DNA of 32,000 bases from Patescibacteria group bacterium (GCA_041662745.1 JBAZRV010000004.1:60001-92000); one strand, 5' to 3'. Shown: positions 1 through 8,673, counted from the stretch's first letter. Notes: generated by a model from the sequence alone, not told the origin. Translations and numbers: made by a program.

Positions 1-1552
1 CCACGGCAAATTCCGGCTTGCCCATTATGTCTTTGGCCCAATCACTGGTCTGCCCGCCTTTTTTCTCTATGGCTTTAATGAAATCATCTTTGGTTTTTAG
101 TCCGGTGCCCAGTTCAATGGTTTTCTGTTTGATTCGGCCCTCGGGGAATTCAGTGTAAATATGTTCCAGGTTTGAGGGCAATAGTTTGAAGATGTTGAGG
201 AATAATTCGCCGACATAGACCTTAATGTCTTTTTCTTGTTTAAGCGCTTGCTCTAATTCCTGTTTGTTGTGGATAATCTGGCTCGGTTTGCAGTCAAAAA
301 TTACGAGCATGTCGGCATTCTTGTCCCGTTGACCCCGCAGTTCTTTGATGCGCGGATCTTTCTGGTAGCCAAAGCCCTCAATCGGCGAATTTATTTCGTA
401 AAGGAAGATGAGATCTTCTTTGTCTAATGACTTACCTTGCCGGATTTTCTTATCCAGAGCGGTTAAGCGGCTCATGTCCTGCGATTTCTTCTCGTAGCTC
501 TCATGTCCGGGCAGAGTTCTGGCTTTATCTTGGGCGATATCCACTAAAGCCGGTTCAAGATTTTGTTCCGCATTAATACCCCCAATTTCAGCTATTTGAT
601 CATTCTGCATTCTGATGGCGATGCGGGGAATCTTAGGTTGGCCTTGATCATTATTGCTGTAATACACATAAAAATCGCCTTCTTTTAATTGCGCCTGGGC
701 CGTGCTTTCTCCGGCCGTGCACCAGCCCGTGCCGTGGCCTTGGAGTGACTGGCATAGTTTTTGGTAGTCGTCGCCTTGATCGTATTTGACCCATTGGCCC
801 TGGATATTTTCCTTTTGCTCTTGGCTGGCGGGGGTAACTTTTTCAATGGCATAGGCGTAAAGCTTGGCGAAATTGGCGCCTTCCAGTATTTTGCCCAGTT
901 CTGCATTGATTGGCGAAGACGCGTTATCCACACCATGCCGTTTATTGACAATATCCAAAACCAAAGCCAAGGCCTCGCGGTTAAGATCGGGAAAAACGCC
1001 CCGAGTGAATTGGCTGCGTTTTTTGAATTCGTGCTTCTGCTTATCAAATTCAGCCAGGCCAGTCACGGAACGAAGGGCAAAATACTTGAGCCAAGTCGGA
1101 TACATGGCATCTTCCGACGACAGGTAATCAAACCAGTTGCTTAAGCCGGCCTCCTGGTCTTTGACCGCGGATTCCAAAATCTGCTCCTGCATTTCCCGGG
1201 TTACTTCAATATCGCCATGGCCTTGTTCGCGGGCGACGCGCTTGTCCAAATCAAAAAAATTACCCGGTAAATCGTCAATGGTTTTATGGCGCAAGGGAAT
1301 GGCCGAATCTAGGATTTTATTCTTAAGGTAATCCAACCTGAATTCCCTAAGATTTTGGCCCTTGAGATATTCCTCTTCCGGCGTAGAAAAAATTTCCTCC
1401 AAACGATCCAGGTAAGTGCCAAGTCGGCCTTCCGGAGTATTAGCGACTTTTTCGCCGACACGGATTTTTTTGCGCGCTGAAGCAGACGCCACTTCTGGAG
1501 TTTTTTGCAGATCTTCAAATTTATTATGGAGAAAACGTTCTGGGGAGGGCAT
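1..1552 (-). CDS. Large uncharacterised protein, C-terminus cut by the window edge; contains a WCTA...G-F-YVYY...P-RIAIR...GGIN segment reminiscent of PcfJ-like domains
   Basis: Manual translation of the minus strand from ATG at 1552 (MPSPERFLHNKFEDLQKTPEVASASARKKIRVGEKV...) is open to position 1 without a stop (about 517 codons). Missing from the ORF track because it runs off the edge. Lies 6 bp downstream of the glyS stop. Confidence 0.85.
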   Translation of the reverse strand, partial: MPSPERFLHNKFEDLQKTPEVASASARKKIRVGEKVANTPEGRLGTYLDRLEEIFSTPEEEYLKGQNLREFRLDYLKNKILDSAIPLRHKTIDDLPGNFFDLDKRVAREQGHGDIEVTREMQEQILESAVKDQEAGLSNWFDYLSSEDAMYPTWLKYFALRSVTGLAEFDKQKHEFKKRSQFTRGVFPDLNREALALVLDIVNKRHGVDNASSPINAELGKILEGANFAKLYAYAIEKVTPASQEQKENIQGQWVKYDQGDDYQKLCQSLQGHGTGWCTAGESTAQAQLKEGDFYVYYSNNDQGQPKIPRIAIRMQNDQIAEIGGINAEQNLEPALVDIAQDKARTLPGHESYEKKSQDMSRLTALDKKIRQGKSLDKEDLIFLYEINSPIEGFGYQKDPRIKELRGQRDKNADMLVIFDCKPSQIIHNKQELEQALKQEKDIKVYVGELFLNIFKLLPSNLEHIYTEFPEGRIKQKTIELGTGLKTKDDFIKAIEKKGGQTSDWAKDIMGKPEFAV

Positions 1553-1558
1553 ACGGAT

Positions 1559-2938
1559 TTAACTAATTTTCTCTTTAACCCACTCCTTCAACTCCTCTAC
1601 TTTAATAAGTTCTTGCTTCATGGTGTCGCGGTTACGGACAGTAACAGTACCTTTTTCCAAAGTGTCAAAATCAACCGTAATGCAGTAAGGCGTGCCGATT
1701 TCATCCTGCCGGCGATAGCGTTTGCCCACATTGCCGTTATCGTCAAACTCGCATTTGAATTCGCTTTTCAGGCTAGCAAAAATCTCCCGCGCCTTGGCCA
1801 CCAATTCCGACTTATTCTTAAGCAAGGGAAAAATCGCCACCTTAACCGGCGCGATCCTGGCCGGAAACTTCAACACCACGCGGACATCATCGCCTTCAAG
1901 TTTTTCTTCGGTATAAGCGGCAGAGAGAGCTACGAGCACTGAGCGATCCAAACCGAAAGTCGGTTCCAAAACATGAGGCAAATATTTCCGGCCGGCCTGC
2001 TGATCAAAATATTCCAAATTAGTGCCGGAAAATTTCTGATGCTGACTCAAGTCAAAATCACCGCGATGCGCCAGCCCGAACAACTCGGCGAAACCAAAAG
2101 GAAAGTTATATTCAATGTCCACGGTTTTGCGGGAGTAATGCGACAATTTCTCTTTGGGATGCTCGTAATGCTTCAAATCCTCTTTTTTGGCTCCCAGCTC
2201 AAGAGCAAATTCCTCCTGAGCCTTCAGCCACCCCTTGAACAACGGTTCCCATCTCTCTTCGGGAGAAATAAAATATTCTATTTCCATCTGCTCAAATTCG
2301 CGCACGCGAAAGATAAAATTACGCGCCACAATCTCATTGCGAAAGGCCTTGCCTATTTGGCCGATGCCAAACGGCACCTTCACTCGGCAAGAATCAACCA
2401 CATTCTTAAAGTCGGAAAAGATTGCGCCGGCCGTTTCCGGACGCAAGTAAACCGGCTCATCAATGCCGTTCATTTCCGTCTTAAACATCATATTGAAAAA
2501 TCGGGCTTCGGTCCAATCTTTCTTGCCGCAATTGGGACAGTTGATCTTTTCTTGGATGACCTTGGTCATTTCCTCCAGCTTGCCCTCTAAATCCTCCCCC
2601 AGGACTTCGCTGATTAAATTATCGGCCCGATAACGCATCTGGCAATTCTTGCAATCAACCATAGCGTCGTTAAAACCGCTCAAATGGCCGGACGCCTCCC
2701 AAAGCTTGGGGTGCAGCAGGATGGGCCCGTCAATACCCACCATATCCTCGCGTTCGGTAATAAATATTTTCCACCACAAAGCCTTAATGTTATTCTTAAG
2801 TTCCACGCCGTATGGCCCATAGGAGTAAGCGTTGGAAAAACCGCCGTAAATTTCGCACGCCGGAAAAATAAATCCCTTGCGCTTGCATAAAGACACGATT
2901 TTCTCCATTTTGTCGTTCTGTTGCTGTTTATTAGCCAT
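1559..2938 (-). CDS. glyS: Glycyl-tRNA synthetase, single-chain dimeric type
   Basis: KRKGFIFPACEIYGGFSNAYSYGPYGVELKNNIKALWW, RPETAGAIFSDFKNV and FGIGQIGKAFRNEI motifs, length 459 aa. Confidence 0.95.
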   Translation of the reverse strand: MANKQQQNDKMEKIVSLCKRKGFIFPACEIYGGFSNAYSYGPYGVELKNNIKALWWKIFITEREDMVGIDGPILLHPKLWEASGHLSGFNDAMVDCKNCQMRYRADNLISEVLGEDLEGKLEEMTKVIQEKINCPNCGKKDWTEARFFNMMFKTEMNGIDEPVYLRPETAGAIFSDFKNVVDSCRVKVPFGIGQIGKAFRNEIVARNFIFRVREFEQMEIEYFISPEERWEPLFKGWLKAQEEFALELGAKKEDLKHYEHPKEKLSHYSRKTVDIEYNFPFGFAELFGLAHRGDFDLSQHQKFSGTNLEYFDQQAGRKYLPHVLEPTFGLDRSVLVALSAAYTEEKLEGDDVRVVLKFPARIAPVKVAIFPLLKNKSELVAKAREIFASLKSEFKCEFDDNGNVGKRYRRQDEIGTPYCITVDFDTLEKGTVTVRNRDTMKQELIKVEELKEWVKEKIS

Positions 2939-3038
2939 AAAAAAATTATTTCGTAACTTACCCTGTTAAATCGGGTAAAACCAAAGCGCTAATCGCGCCC
3001 CTTAACCTGGTAAATCTTAACTAAAATCGCCGGTTTAG

Positions 3039-3644
3039 TCAAAAACCGGCTCGATCAGTTCCCCCGGCCACCCGGCCTCGCCGTTTCATAAGGTTATACT
3101 TGATCAACCACTCTATTTTGCGGGTTATAATTTCATCATCAATCTTCGCCAAGATTGTCTGGCCTACCAAATCCACCGGTGCCTGATAAACCGCTTGAGC
3201 GGCCGGAATAAAAGTATAATTCAAAAAATACTTGGAACAATAAACCAACAAATAAGAGTTGCGCGGCATAAAACTGATGATTAATCCGACTCCTACCGCC
3301 GCCGTTACCGTCGCCAAAGCCGCCTCGCCGGCCAAGTGCCGCCAAAAAAAACTTTTCTTGCTAACCGGCTTCACGCGCCTGGTCTGCACCCAAACCGAGG
3401 GACGCGTTGGCAGATGATTCTCCAATTCTTTGTCCAGATGCTGATGAAGGCCGGACAAAAACTCGGCCAAACGCTTGGGTTCGGCATACCATTCTTCACC
3501 GACTTTAAAAGCTTTGAGTTTGCCTTTTACCGCCAAATTCACCAAATACTGCCGGCGAACATTAAACTTTTTAGCGGCCTCCGACAGAGCCACTAATTCG
3601 GTCTGCAATGAATCAGTTAACTGTTGTTTTAATTCTTCAGTCAT
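3039..3644 (-). CDS. Helix-turn-helix (excisionase/MerR-like) domain protein with a downstream transmembrane segment
   Basis: EAAKKFNVRRQYLVNLAVKGKLKAFKVGEEWYAEPKRLAEFL resembles excisionase-type HTH; hydrophobic LATVTAAVGVGLIISF. Start moved to the internal ATG (MTEELKQ) because the track start (3716) lies inside an upstream terminator. Confidence 0.6.
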   Translation of the reverse strand: MTEELKQQLTDSLQTELVALSEAAKKFNVRRQYLVNLAVKGKLKAFKVGEEWYAEPKRLAEFLSGLHQHLDKELENHLPTRPSVWVQTRRVKPVSKKSFFWRHLAGEAALATVTAAVGVGLIISFMPRNSYLLVYCSKYFLNYTFIPAAQAVYQAPVDLVGQTILAKIDDEIITRKIEWLIKYNLMKRRGRVAGGTDRAGF

Positions 3645-3686
3645 GGCTGTATTATAGCATAAACAATCCGACGCTGACAAAACAAA

Positions 3687-3710
3687 AAGCCGCCCGGCAA
3701 GGGACGGCTT
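3687..3710 (-). terminator. Rho-independent terminator after the 3722..4264 gene
   Basis: Minus strand AAGCCGTCCC-TTGCC-GGGCGGCTT followed by TTTGTTTT. Confidence 0.7.
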
Positions 3711-3721
3711 AAACACAAAAA

Positions 3722-4264
3722 TTATTTGGTTGCTGTTTTTTGATCGCTGATGTATTTGCTGATAGCCTGAACCACGCGCGAATCCTTCTTCAGTTTTTCT
3801 GTTAAGAGAATCATGTCGCGGTTGATAACCATGCGATCGGAGGGCCCGTGGATTTCATTGCCTAATTTTATCAGGGTTAACTCCTGTTGCGATTGATCGC
3901 TGGCAGCGGTGGCGCTCTGTTGGGTTTGTTGCAACGGCTTGGTAACAACCTGCAGATAATAAATATCGGTCAGGGTCAAAGTCTTTCTGCCGACGGCGGT
4001 AACTTTGCCGAAGTAAACTTGACCGTTGCCTAAGAAGACCGCTTGCCAATCGGCTGACGAGACATGAGCAATGGGATCGCCGCCTAAAAGCGAACCGCCC
4101 CAACGCATAACCGCCCCGACCGCCAGAACCGCGATAATCAAAACAATGAGAATGCTGATGATTGATTTCCAAACGCCTCTTTTTCTGCGTCCGGCCATCG
4201 GCATTTCTGAGGGCAGACCCGCCTCAGGCATATCATCCATAGAACGAAATTTTGCGTAAGCCAT
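3722..4264 (-). CDS. Hypothetical single-pass membrane protein
   Basis: 180 aa; N-terminal TM IISILIVLIIAVLAVGAVMRW; ends at a terminator. Confidence 0.7.
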   Translation of the reverse strand: MAYAKFRSMDDMPEAGLPSEMPMAGRRKRGVWKSIISILIVLIIAVLAVGAVMRWGGSLLGGDPIAHVSSADWQAVFLGNGQVYFGKVTAVGRKTLTLTDIYYLQVVTKPLQQTQQSATAASDQSQQELTLIKLGNEIHGPSDRMVINRDMILLTEKLKKDSRVVQAISKYISDQKTATK

Positions 4265-4373
4265 GTTATTTTCTCCTCAATGCGGCAAAATGGAGCCGCT
4301 TTAATTATTTATTATTTGATTAACTATAATCAGTATAGCAAAAATCTTAGCTCAATCAAACTTAAACCGAATG

Positions 4374-5411
4374 TTATTTGATTCTCCGATGCTCCAGGTA
4401 ATCACCCAAGCCCACGCCGATCGCCGTGGCTACCGGTACGGATAGTATGATACCCATTAATCCGCTTAATTTGAAGCCGATCATCATGACGATGATAGTA
4501 ATGACCGGATTAAGTCCGATCGCCTTGCGCATGATTTGCGGAGTAATAAAATAATTTTCTGCCTGCTGGACAATGATAAATAAAATCAAAACCGCTAATC
4601 CTAGCCAAGGCGACTGGGTAAAACCGATAAACACCGCCGGGACGCCGGCCATGAAGGGGCCGAGGTAAGGAATGATTTCGGTTAGGCCGGCGATAAGCGC
4701 CAACACCCAGGCATACTTTACCCCCAAAACCAATAATCCGACTAAAGACATGATAAAAATAATCAAACACAACAGAAGCTGGCCGCGCAACCATAAGCCG
4801 ATCTTCTCCTGCATGCGATCAATGAGATGATCAAAATAATCGCGGTGCTTGGCGGGCAAAAGATTTCGAGCCACTGTTTTCATTTGCCGATCATAAACCG
4901 CCAGATAGAAAGTCATGACCAGTATCACCAATAAGGAAAAAATTCCGCCAATAAAAGAAACAAGTCCGCCGACTAAGTTTGTCGCCAACGAGGTCAAGCC
5001 GGCCTGCATGGCCGATAAAGCGTCTTCAATATTCTGCTTCAAGCCGTGGCTTTGAGAAAATGACTCTACATTACTCCAGCCGGAAGAAATATTCTGCCAA
5101 TAAGTCGGAAAATCATCGGATAAATTTTTGATTTCCGAACTGATGGGATTAACCAACAACAAGAAGGCCATAAACACTGCCCATAATCCGATCAAATAAA
5201 TTATCAGGATCCCCAAAGAGCGCGGGACTTTATTTTTGGCAAACCAATCAACCCAGGGCTTGATGGCGGAAGCCAAGATTAAAGAAACGAAAACCATTAA
5301 TAGAATATCGCGGATATAAAATAGCAAAAGCAATGCCAAACAGACGACCGCTATTTTTAATAATGTGGACAGTTTAAAATCAATGCTGATTTTTTTGTTG
5401 CTGACTGGCAT
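4374..5411 (-). CDS. AI-2E/PerM family transporter-like membrane protein
   Basis: Multiple TM helices, LRGQLLLCLIIFIMSLVGLLVLGVKYAWVLALIAGLTEIIPYLGPFMAGVPAVFIG. Start set at MPVSNKK (5411) rather than the track start at 5468. Confidence 0.88.
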   Translation of the reverse strand: MPVSNKKISIDFKLSTLLKIAVVCLALLLLFYIRDILLMVFVSLILASAIKPWVDWFAKNKVPRSLGILIIYLIGLWAVFMAFLLLVNPISSEIKNLSDDFPTYWQNISSGWSNVESFSQSHGLKQNIEDALSAMQAGLTSLATNLVGGLVSFIGGIFSLLVILVMTFYLAVYDRQMKTVARNLLPAKHRDYFDHLIDRMQEKIGLWLRGQLLLCLIIFIMSLVGLLVLGVKYAWVLALIAGLTEIIPYLGPFMAGVPAVFIGFTQSPWLGLAVLILFIIVQQAENYFITPQIMRKAIGLNPVITIIVMMIGFKLSGLMGIILSVPVATAIGVGLGDYLEHRRIK

Positions 5412-5419
5412 GGGCGGGG

Positions 5420-5447
5420 TTGTAATATCCCTTGAATATATTATACT
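5420..5447 (+). promoter_or_regulatory. Possible sigma70-type promoter for smpB
   Basis: TTGTAA (5420-5425), 16 bp spacer, TATACT (5442-5447), 38 bp upstream of the smpB ATG. Confidence 0.45.
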
Positions 5448-5485
5448 ATGAAAGTACCAAGAGTGCAAAATTAATTATTTTAAAT

Positions 5486-5935
5486 ATGTCGGTGATCATC
5501 AAAAATAAAGAAGGATTGTTCGGCTATGAGATTATTGACACTTGGCGGGCCGGGGTTGTTTTATCCGGACCGGAAGTCAAGGCGGTAAAGTTAGGGCAAA
5601 TCAGCTTAAGGGGCAGTTTTGTTCAAATTGACAATAAAAACGAAGTTTGGTTGGTCAACTGCCATATTAGCCCTTACAAGCCGGCCAAAGGGCACCAAAC
5701 CGGCTATAATCCCGATAAAAGACGGAAACTTCTCTTAAATAAGAAGGAAATTGCCTCAATTATAGGCAAAAAAGCCCAAAAGGGGTTGACAATTATCCCC
5801 ATTTCAGTATATACTTATAAAAGATTAATCAAGGTGGAAATCGGACTGGCCCGCAGCCGAACCAAGTTGGACAAGCGAGAAGTCATCAAGAAACGCGAGC
5901 AAGAACGGGAAATTAGCAGAACGTTAAAAAAATAA
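5486..5935 (+). CDS. smpB: SsrA-binding protein SmpB
   Basis: YEIIDTWRAGVVLSGPEVKAVKLGQISLRGSFVQI, CHISPYK, RRKLLLNKKEI, LARSRTKLDKREVIKKREQEREISR. Start at MSVIIKNKEG. Confidence 0.95.
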   Translation: MSVIIKNKEGLFGYEIIDTWRAGVVLSGPEVKAVKLGQISLRGSFVQIDNKNEVWLVNCHISPYKPAKGHQTGYNPDKRRKLLLNKKEIASIIGKKAQKGLTIIPISVYTYKRLIKVEIGLARSRTKLDKREVIKKREQEREISRTLKK

Positions 5936-5965
5936 ACTAAGTCAAAAGACTTTAGATTTAATTTT

Positions 5966-6349
5966 GGGGATGTTTTGCTTTGATAGAGATAATGTTTTCC
6001 TATTAGCAAACCGAGCATGACGGCAAACTCGTTAATCCGCCGTCACAGGCAAAATGCCAAAAACATCTTAGCTAAGGTCCAATCTGCTTTTAGCAGCCTG
6101 GCTTTGGCTCCTGTTCTCGCTTAATATCGAGAACCATCGCCGCGCCCATTCCCGGTAAGCGCCAAGCGGTGTTATATTATCGGGATCGCCAATGGCGTCG
6201 CCAGAGCGCTTTTGGTCAAACTTTTCTGGACCGCTTAAGAATTTTTTGCCGCTTTTTCAGTTCTTAAGTCAAAATTTAAAACGGCTAAGTTTGTATCACT
6301 TTAGGGGATAATTTATTTCTAGACAGGGGCTCATTACCCCTCATCTCCA
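5966..6349 (+). ncRNA. ssrA: Transfer-messenger RNA (tmRNA)
   Basis: Acceptor stem GGGGATG (5966-5972) pairs with CATCTCC (6342-6348), discriminator A6349; T-arm AGGGG-CTCATTA-CCCCT (6325-6341) abuts the acceptor strand exactly as in tRNA. Open tag frame ends at TAA 6122-6124, inside the loop of a 7-bp hairpin GTTCTCG(6113-6119)/CGAGAAC(6128-6134), like the stop-containing hairpin of known tmRNAs. Directly downstream of smpB. CCA is not encoded. Confidence 0.87.
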
Positions 6350-6357
6350 CATACACA

Positions 6358-6431
6358 GCATATGGCTTATGGCATATGGCTTATGACAGTTTCTTCTGCT
6401 ATTTGCTATATGCTATATGCTATGTGCTATA
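6358..6431 (+). repeat. Heptamer-period short tandem repeats (two blocks)
   Basis: GCATATGGCTTATG x2 exact (6358-6385), equal to alternating heptamers CATATGG/CTTATGG; then TGCTATT-TGCTATA-TGCTATA-TGCTATG-TGCTATA (6397-6431). Confidence 0.9.
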
Positions 6432-6444
6432 AGCTAACAATACC

Positions 6445-7014
6445 ATGCGTAAATCATTCAGAGGACACCATCAAAAACCGGAAGGCCCCAAAGAATTCCG
6501 CATCAACGAAAAAATCTTTTCTCCGGAACTGATGATCATTGATGAAAACGGAGCCAATCTCGGAGCCATGAGCCGCGACCGAGCGCTTAGCGAAGCGCGC
6601 GAACGCGAACTTGATTTGGTTGAAGTTTCACCCAAAGCCAATCCGCCCATAGCAAAATTCATGGACTATGGCAGTTTCAAGTATCAACGGGAAAAACAAG
6701 AACGAAAGGCTAAGGCCAAACAAAAAACCACCGAAACCAAAACGGTCAAGATTTCACCGCGCATCGGCCAGCACGATCTGGAAGTCAGAGCGTCACAAGC
6801 CGCCGGGTTCCTAACCGCCGGCGACAAAGTCAAGATAGAACTGCAGCTTCGCGGCCGGGAAAACCAGCATACCGACTTAGCCAAAGAGAATATCCGCGAA
6901 CTGATTGAAGCCATCAAAATAAAACTGATTGGGGAAAAGGAAGATCGGCCGATCAAAATTGAATCCGATATCACCAAGCAGGGCGGACGATTATCCATGA
7001 CGATTACCTTGTAA
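6445..7014 (+). CDS. infC: Translation initiation factor IF-3
   Basis: FRINEKIFSPELMIIDENGANLGAMSRDRALSEARERELDLVEVSPKANPPIAKFMDYGSFKYQREK; upstream of rpmI and rplT. Confidence 0.96.
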   Translation: MRKSFRGHHQKPEGPKEFRINEKIFSPELMIIDENGANLGAMSRDRALSEARERELDLVEVSPKANPPIAKFMDYGSFKYQREKQERKAKAKQKTTETKTVKISPRIGQHDLEVRASQAAGFLTAGDKVKIELQLRGRENQHTDLAKENIRELIEAIKIKLIGEKEDRPIKIESDITKQGGRLSMTITL

Positions 7015-7075
7015 GGAATAACCAATAATCAAGCTACAATAATCAAATAATAAAAATTCAATTGGATATTTTTTT

Positions 7076-7103
7076 GGAAATTGAAAATTGGAAATTGAAA
7101 ATT
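7076..7103 (+). repeat. Heptamer-period tandem repeat
   Basis: GGAAATTGAAAATT x2 exact (7076-7089, 7090-7103), readable as GGAAATT/GAAAATT heptamers. Confidence 0.85.
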
Positions 7104-7111
7104 ATTTTTAT

Positions 7112-7312
7112 ATGCCTAAAATCAAGAGCAAGCAATCTATCGCTAAAAGATTTAAGATCACCAAAAAGAAAAAGGTCATTAAGCGCTCTACCGGCCAGGA
7201 TCATTTCAATGCCAGAGAAACCGGCAAGGCCAAGCGCGCCAAAAGATCAGACATCTCCCTAAAAGACAAACAGACAGCGGCGAACATCCGCCGACTTTTG
7301 CCGTATAATTAA
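7112..7312 (+). CDS. rpmI: Large ribosomal subunit protein bL35
   Basis: MPKIKSKQSIAKRFKITKKKKVIKRSTGQDHFNARETGKAKRAKR...; true start is the ATG at 7112. Confidence 0.92.
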   Translation: MPKIKSKQSIAKRFKITKKKKVIKRSTGQDHFNARETGKAKRAKRSDISLKDKQTAANIRRLLPYN

Positions 7313-7424
7313 TTAATAACTAACAGTCCGCAAAGCCAAAGGCCTGAAAAGTCCAAAGTTTAAAAATATTATTTTCAACTTTCAACCTTACAGGCTTTAG
7401 AGGCTTTCAACTTTATATTACCAT

Positions 7425-7769
7425 ATGCCTAGAGTAAAACGCGGCGTCATGCATGCCAAAAGACGAAAAAACCTATTAAAAACCACCAAGGGTTTTGAAC
7501 GTGGCCGCAAAAAATTAATCAAACTGGCCAAAACCGCCTCCCTTAAAGCCGGAGCTAACGCTTTGCGCGACAGACGCGCCAAGAAACGCACGACTCGCGC
7601 CCTCTGGCAAATCCAACTTAACGCGGCTGTCCGGGAACACGGCTTGTCTTATTCCAAATTCATCGCCGGCCTCAAGAAAGCCAAGATTGACCTGGATCGC
7701 AAGGTGCTGGCTCAACTGGCCCAGAAAAAACCTAAGATTTTTGCCAAGATTGTAGAAAAAGTTAAATAA
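7425..7769 (+). CDS. rplT: Large ribosomal subunit protein bL20
   Basis: MPRVKRGVMHAKRRKNLLKTTKGFERGRKK...ALRDRRAKKRTTRALWQIQLNAAVREHGLSYSKFI. Confidence 0.97.
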   Translation: MPRVKRGVMHAKRRKNLLKTTKGFERGRKKLIKLAKTASLKAGANALRDRRAKKRTTRALWQIQLNAAVREHGLSYSKFIAGLKKAKIDLDRKVLAQLAQKKPKIFAKIVEKVK

Positions 7770-7779
7770 AAAAATAAGT

Positions 7780-7810
7780 CGCTCCGATATTGTATCGGGG
7801 CGATTTTTTT
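7780..7810 (+). terminator. Rho-independent terminator after infC-rpmI-rplT
   Basis: CGCTCCGATA-TTG-TATCGGGGCG followed by A-TTTTTTT. Confidence 0.9.
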
Positions 7811-7884
7811 ATTTTACTGTTTTTGGACTAAACTAAGCCGAATAATATAAAATTATTATCTAATTTTAGACAAAAATATCCATC

Positions 7885-7913
7885 TTGACATTCCTCAAAT
7901 AATACTATATAAT
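7885..7913 (+). promoter_or_regulatory. Consensus sigma70 promoter for the rpsF operon
   Basis: TTGACA (7885-7890), 17 bp spacer, TATAAT (7908-7913). Confidence 0.85.
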
Positions 7914-7955
7914 ACCAGCACAACTTAAACCTTTCCCATTCCCTTTTACGGGGCT

Positions 7956-8045
7956 CTTAAGCGCAAAACGATTTATCTCGCGACTTAAGAAAAGGCAGAT
8001 AACCACGATTCTTTAGGGATCCCGGGCTTGCCTTGGGATTTTTTT
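7956..8045 (+). promoter_or_regulatory. Putative structured attenuator leader upstream of rpsF
   Basis: Stem CTTAAGCGC(7956-7964)/GCG-A-CTTAAG(7980-7989); AGGCAG(7993-7998) can pair with CTTGCCT(8027-8033), which would disrupt the terminator hairpin at 8019-8039. Located between the promoter and the rpsF ATG. Confidence 0.5.
8019..8045 (+). terminator. Intrinsic terminator within the rpsF leader
   Basis: ATCCCGGG-CTTGC-CTTGGGAT (8 bp with two G-U) followed by TTTTTT, 35 bp upstream of the rpsF start. Confidence 0.7.
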
Positions 8046-8079
8046 AAACGGCAAAATATTAATATAATTAATCCATACT

Positions 8080-8553
8080 ATGAACAATTACGAATTGCTC
8101 TACATCATCCCCAACCAGTACACTGATGATGAGGCCGCCAAGATCAAAGCCAAAATAGATGACATGCTTAAGGGCTTTGGCGCCATTATCGGACTGGAAG
8201 AAAACTTAGGCAAGAAAAAATTAGCCTATCCCATCAACCGCGTTGCCCATGGCTATTATTTACTAAACGAGTTTGAACTGGAAGACGCCGCCAAAATCAA
8301 AGAAATTAACAATTTCCTGCGCTTGGACAAAGAAATCCTGCGCGCGCAAATCGTCAGCAAAAAAAAGCTGACTCCCAAAGAAATTGAAAAACAAAAAAAG
8401 CGCGAGCAAGCGGCGGAAGCCAGACGCGCCGCCGGCGAAAAAAACGAGGAAAAAGCCAAACCGGCAGAAGCCAAAAAAGAAAGCAAGAAGGTGGACATTA
8501 AGAATTTGGACGAAAAATTGGATGAGATTTTAAAAACCGACGATTTAGTGTAA
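8080..8553 (+). CDS. rpsF: Small ribosomal subunit protein bS6 with a charged C-terminal extension
   Basis: MNNYELLYIIPNQYTDDEA...GKKKLAYPINRVAHGYYLLNEFELED..I.EINNFLRLDKEILRAQIV; followed by ssb and rpsR. Confidence 0.94.
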   Translation: MNNYELLYIIPNQYTDDEAAKIKAKIDDMLKGFGAIIGLEENLGKKKLAYPINRVAHGYYLLNEFELEDAAKIKEINNFLRLDKEILRAQIVSKKKLTPKEIEKQKKREQAAEARRAAGEKNEEKAKPAEAKKESKKVDIKNLDEKLDEILKTDDLV

Positions 8554-8562
8554 ACTTATACC

Positions 8563-8670
8563 AGTTGATTAGTGATTAGCAGTTAGTTAGTAGTTGAATT
8601 AAACTATCAACTGATAACTGGCTGAATTAAACTATCAACTGACAACTATTTAACTAACAACTAACTAAAT
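8563..8670 (+). repeat. Heptamer-period tandem repeat block with inverted symmetry
   Basis: GAATTAAACTATCAACTGA(T/C)AACT repeated at 8596-8619 and 8624-8647 (28 bp = 4x7 spacing); heptads AACTATC-AACTGAT-AACTGGC; complementary GTTAGTTAGTAGTT-type words on the 5' side. Confidence 0.85.
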
Positions 8671-8673
8671 AGT

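Noticed and set aside
1973-2590. 205-aa plus-strand ORF
   Set aside because: Antisense to glyS, no domain features.
5936-5958. Small hairpin AAGTC-AAAA-GACTT after smpB as terminator
   Set aside because: Only a 5-bp AT-rich stem without a clean U-tract, and the tmRNA gene begins right after; not called.
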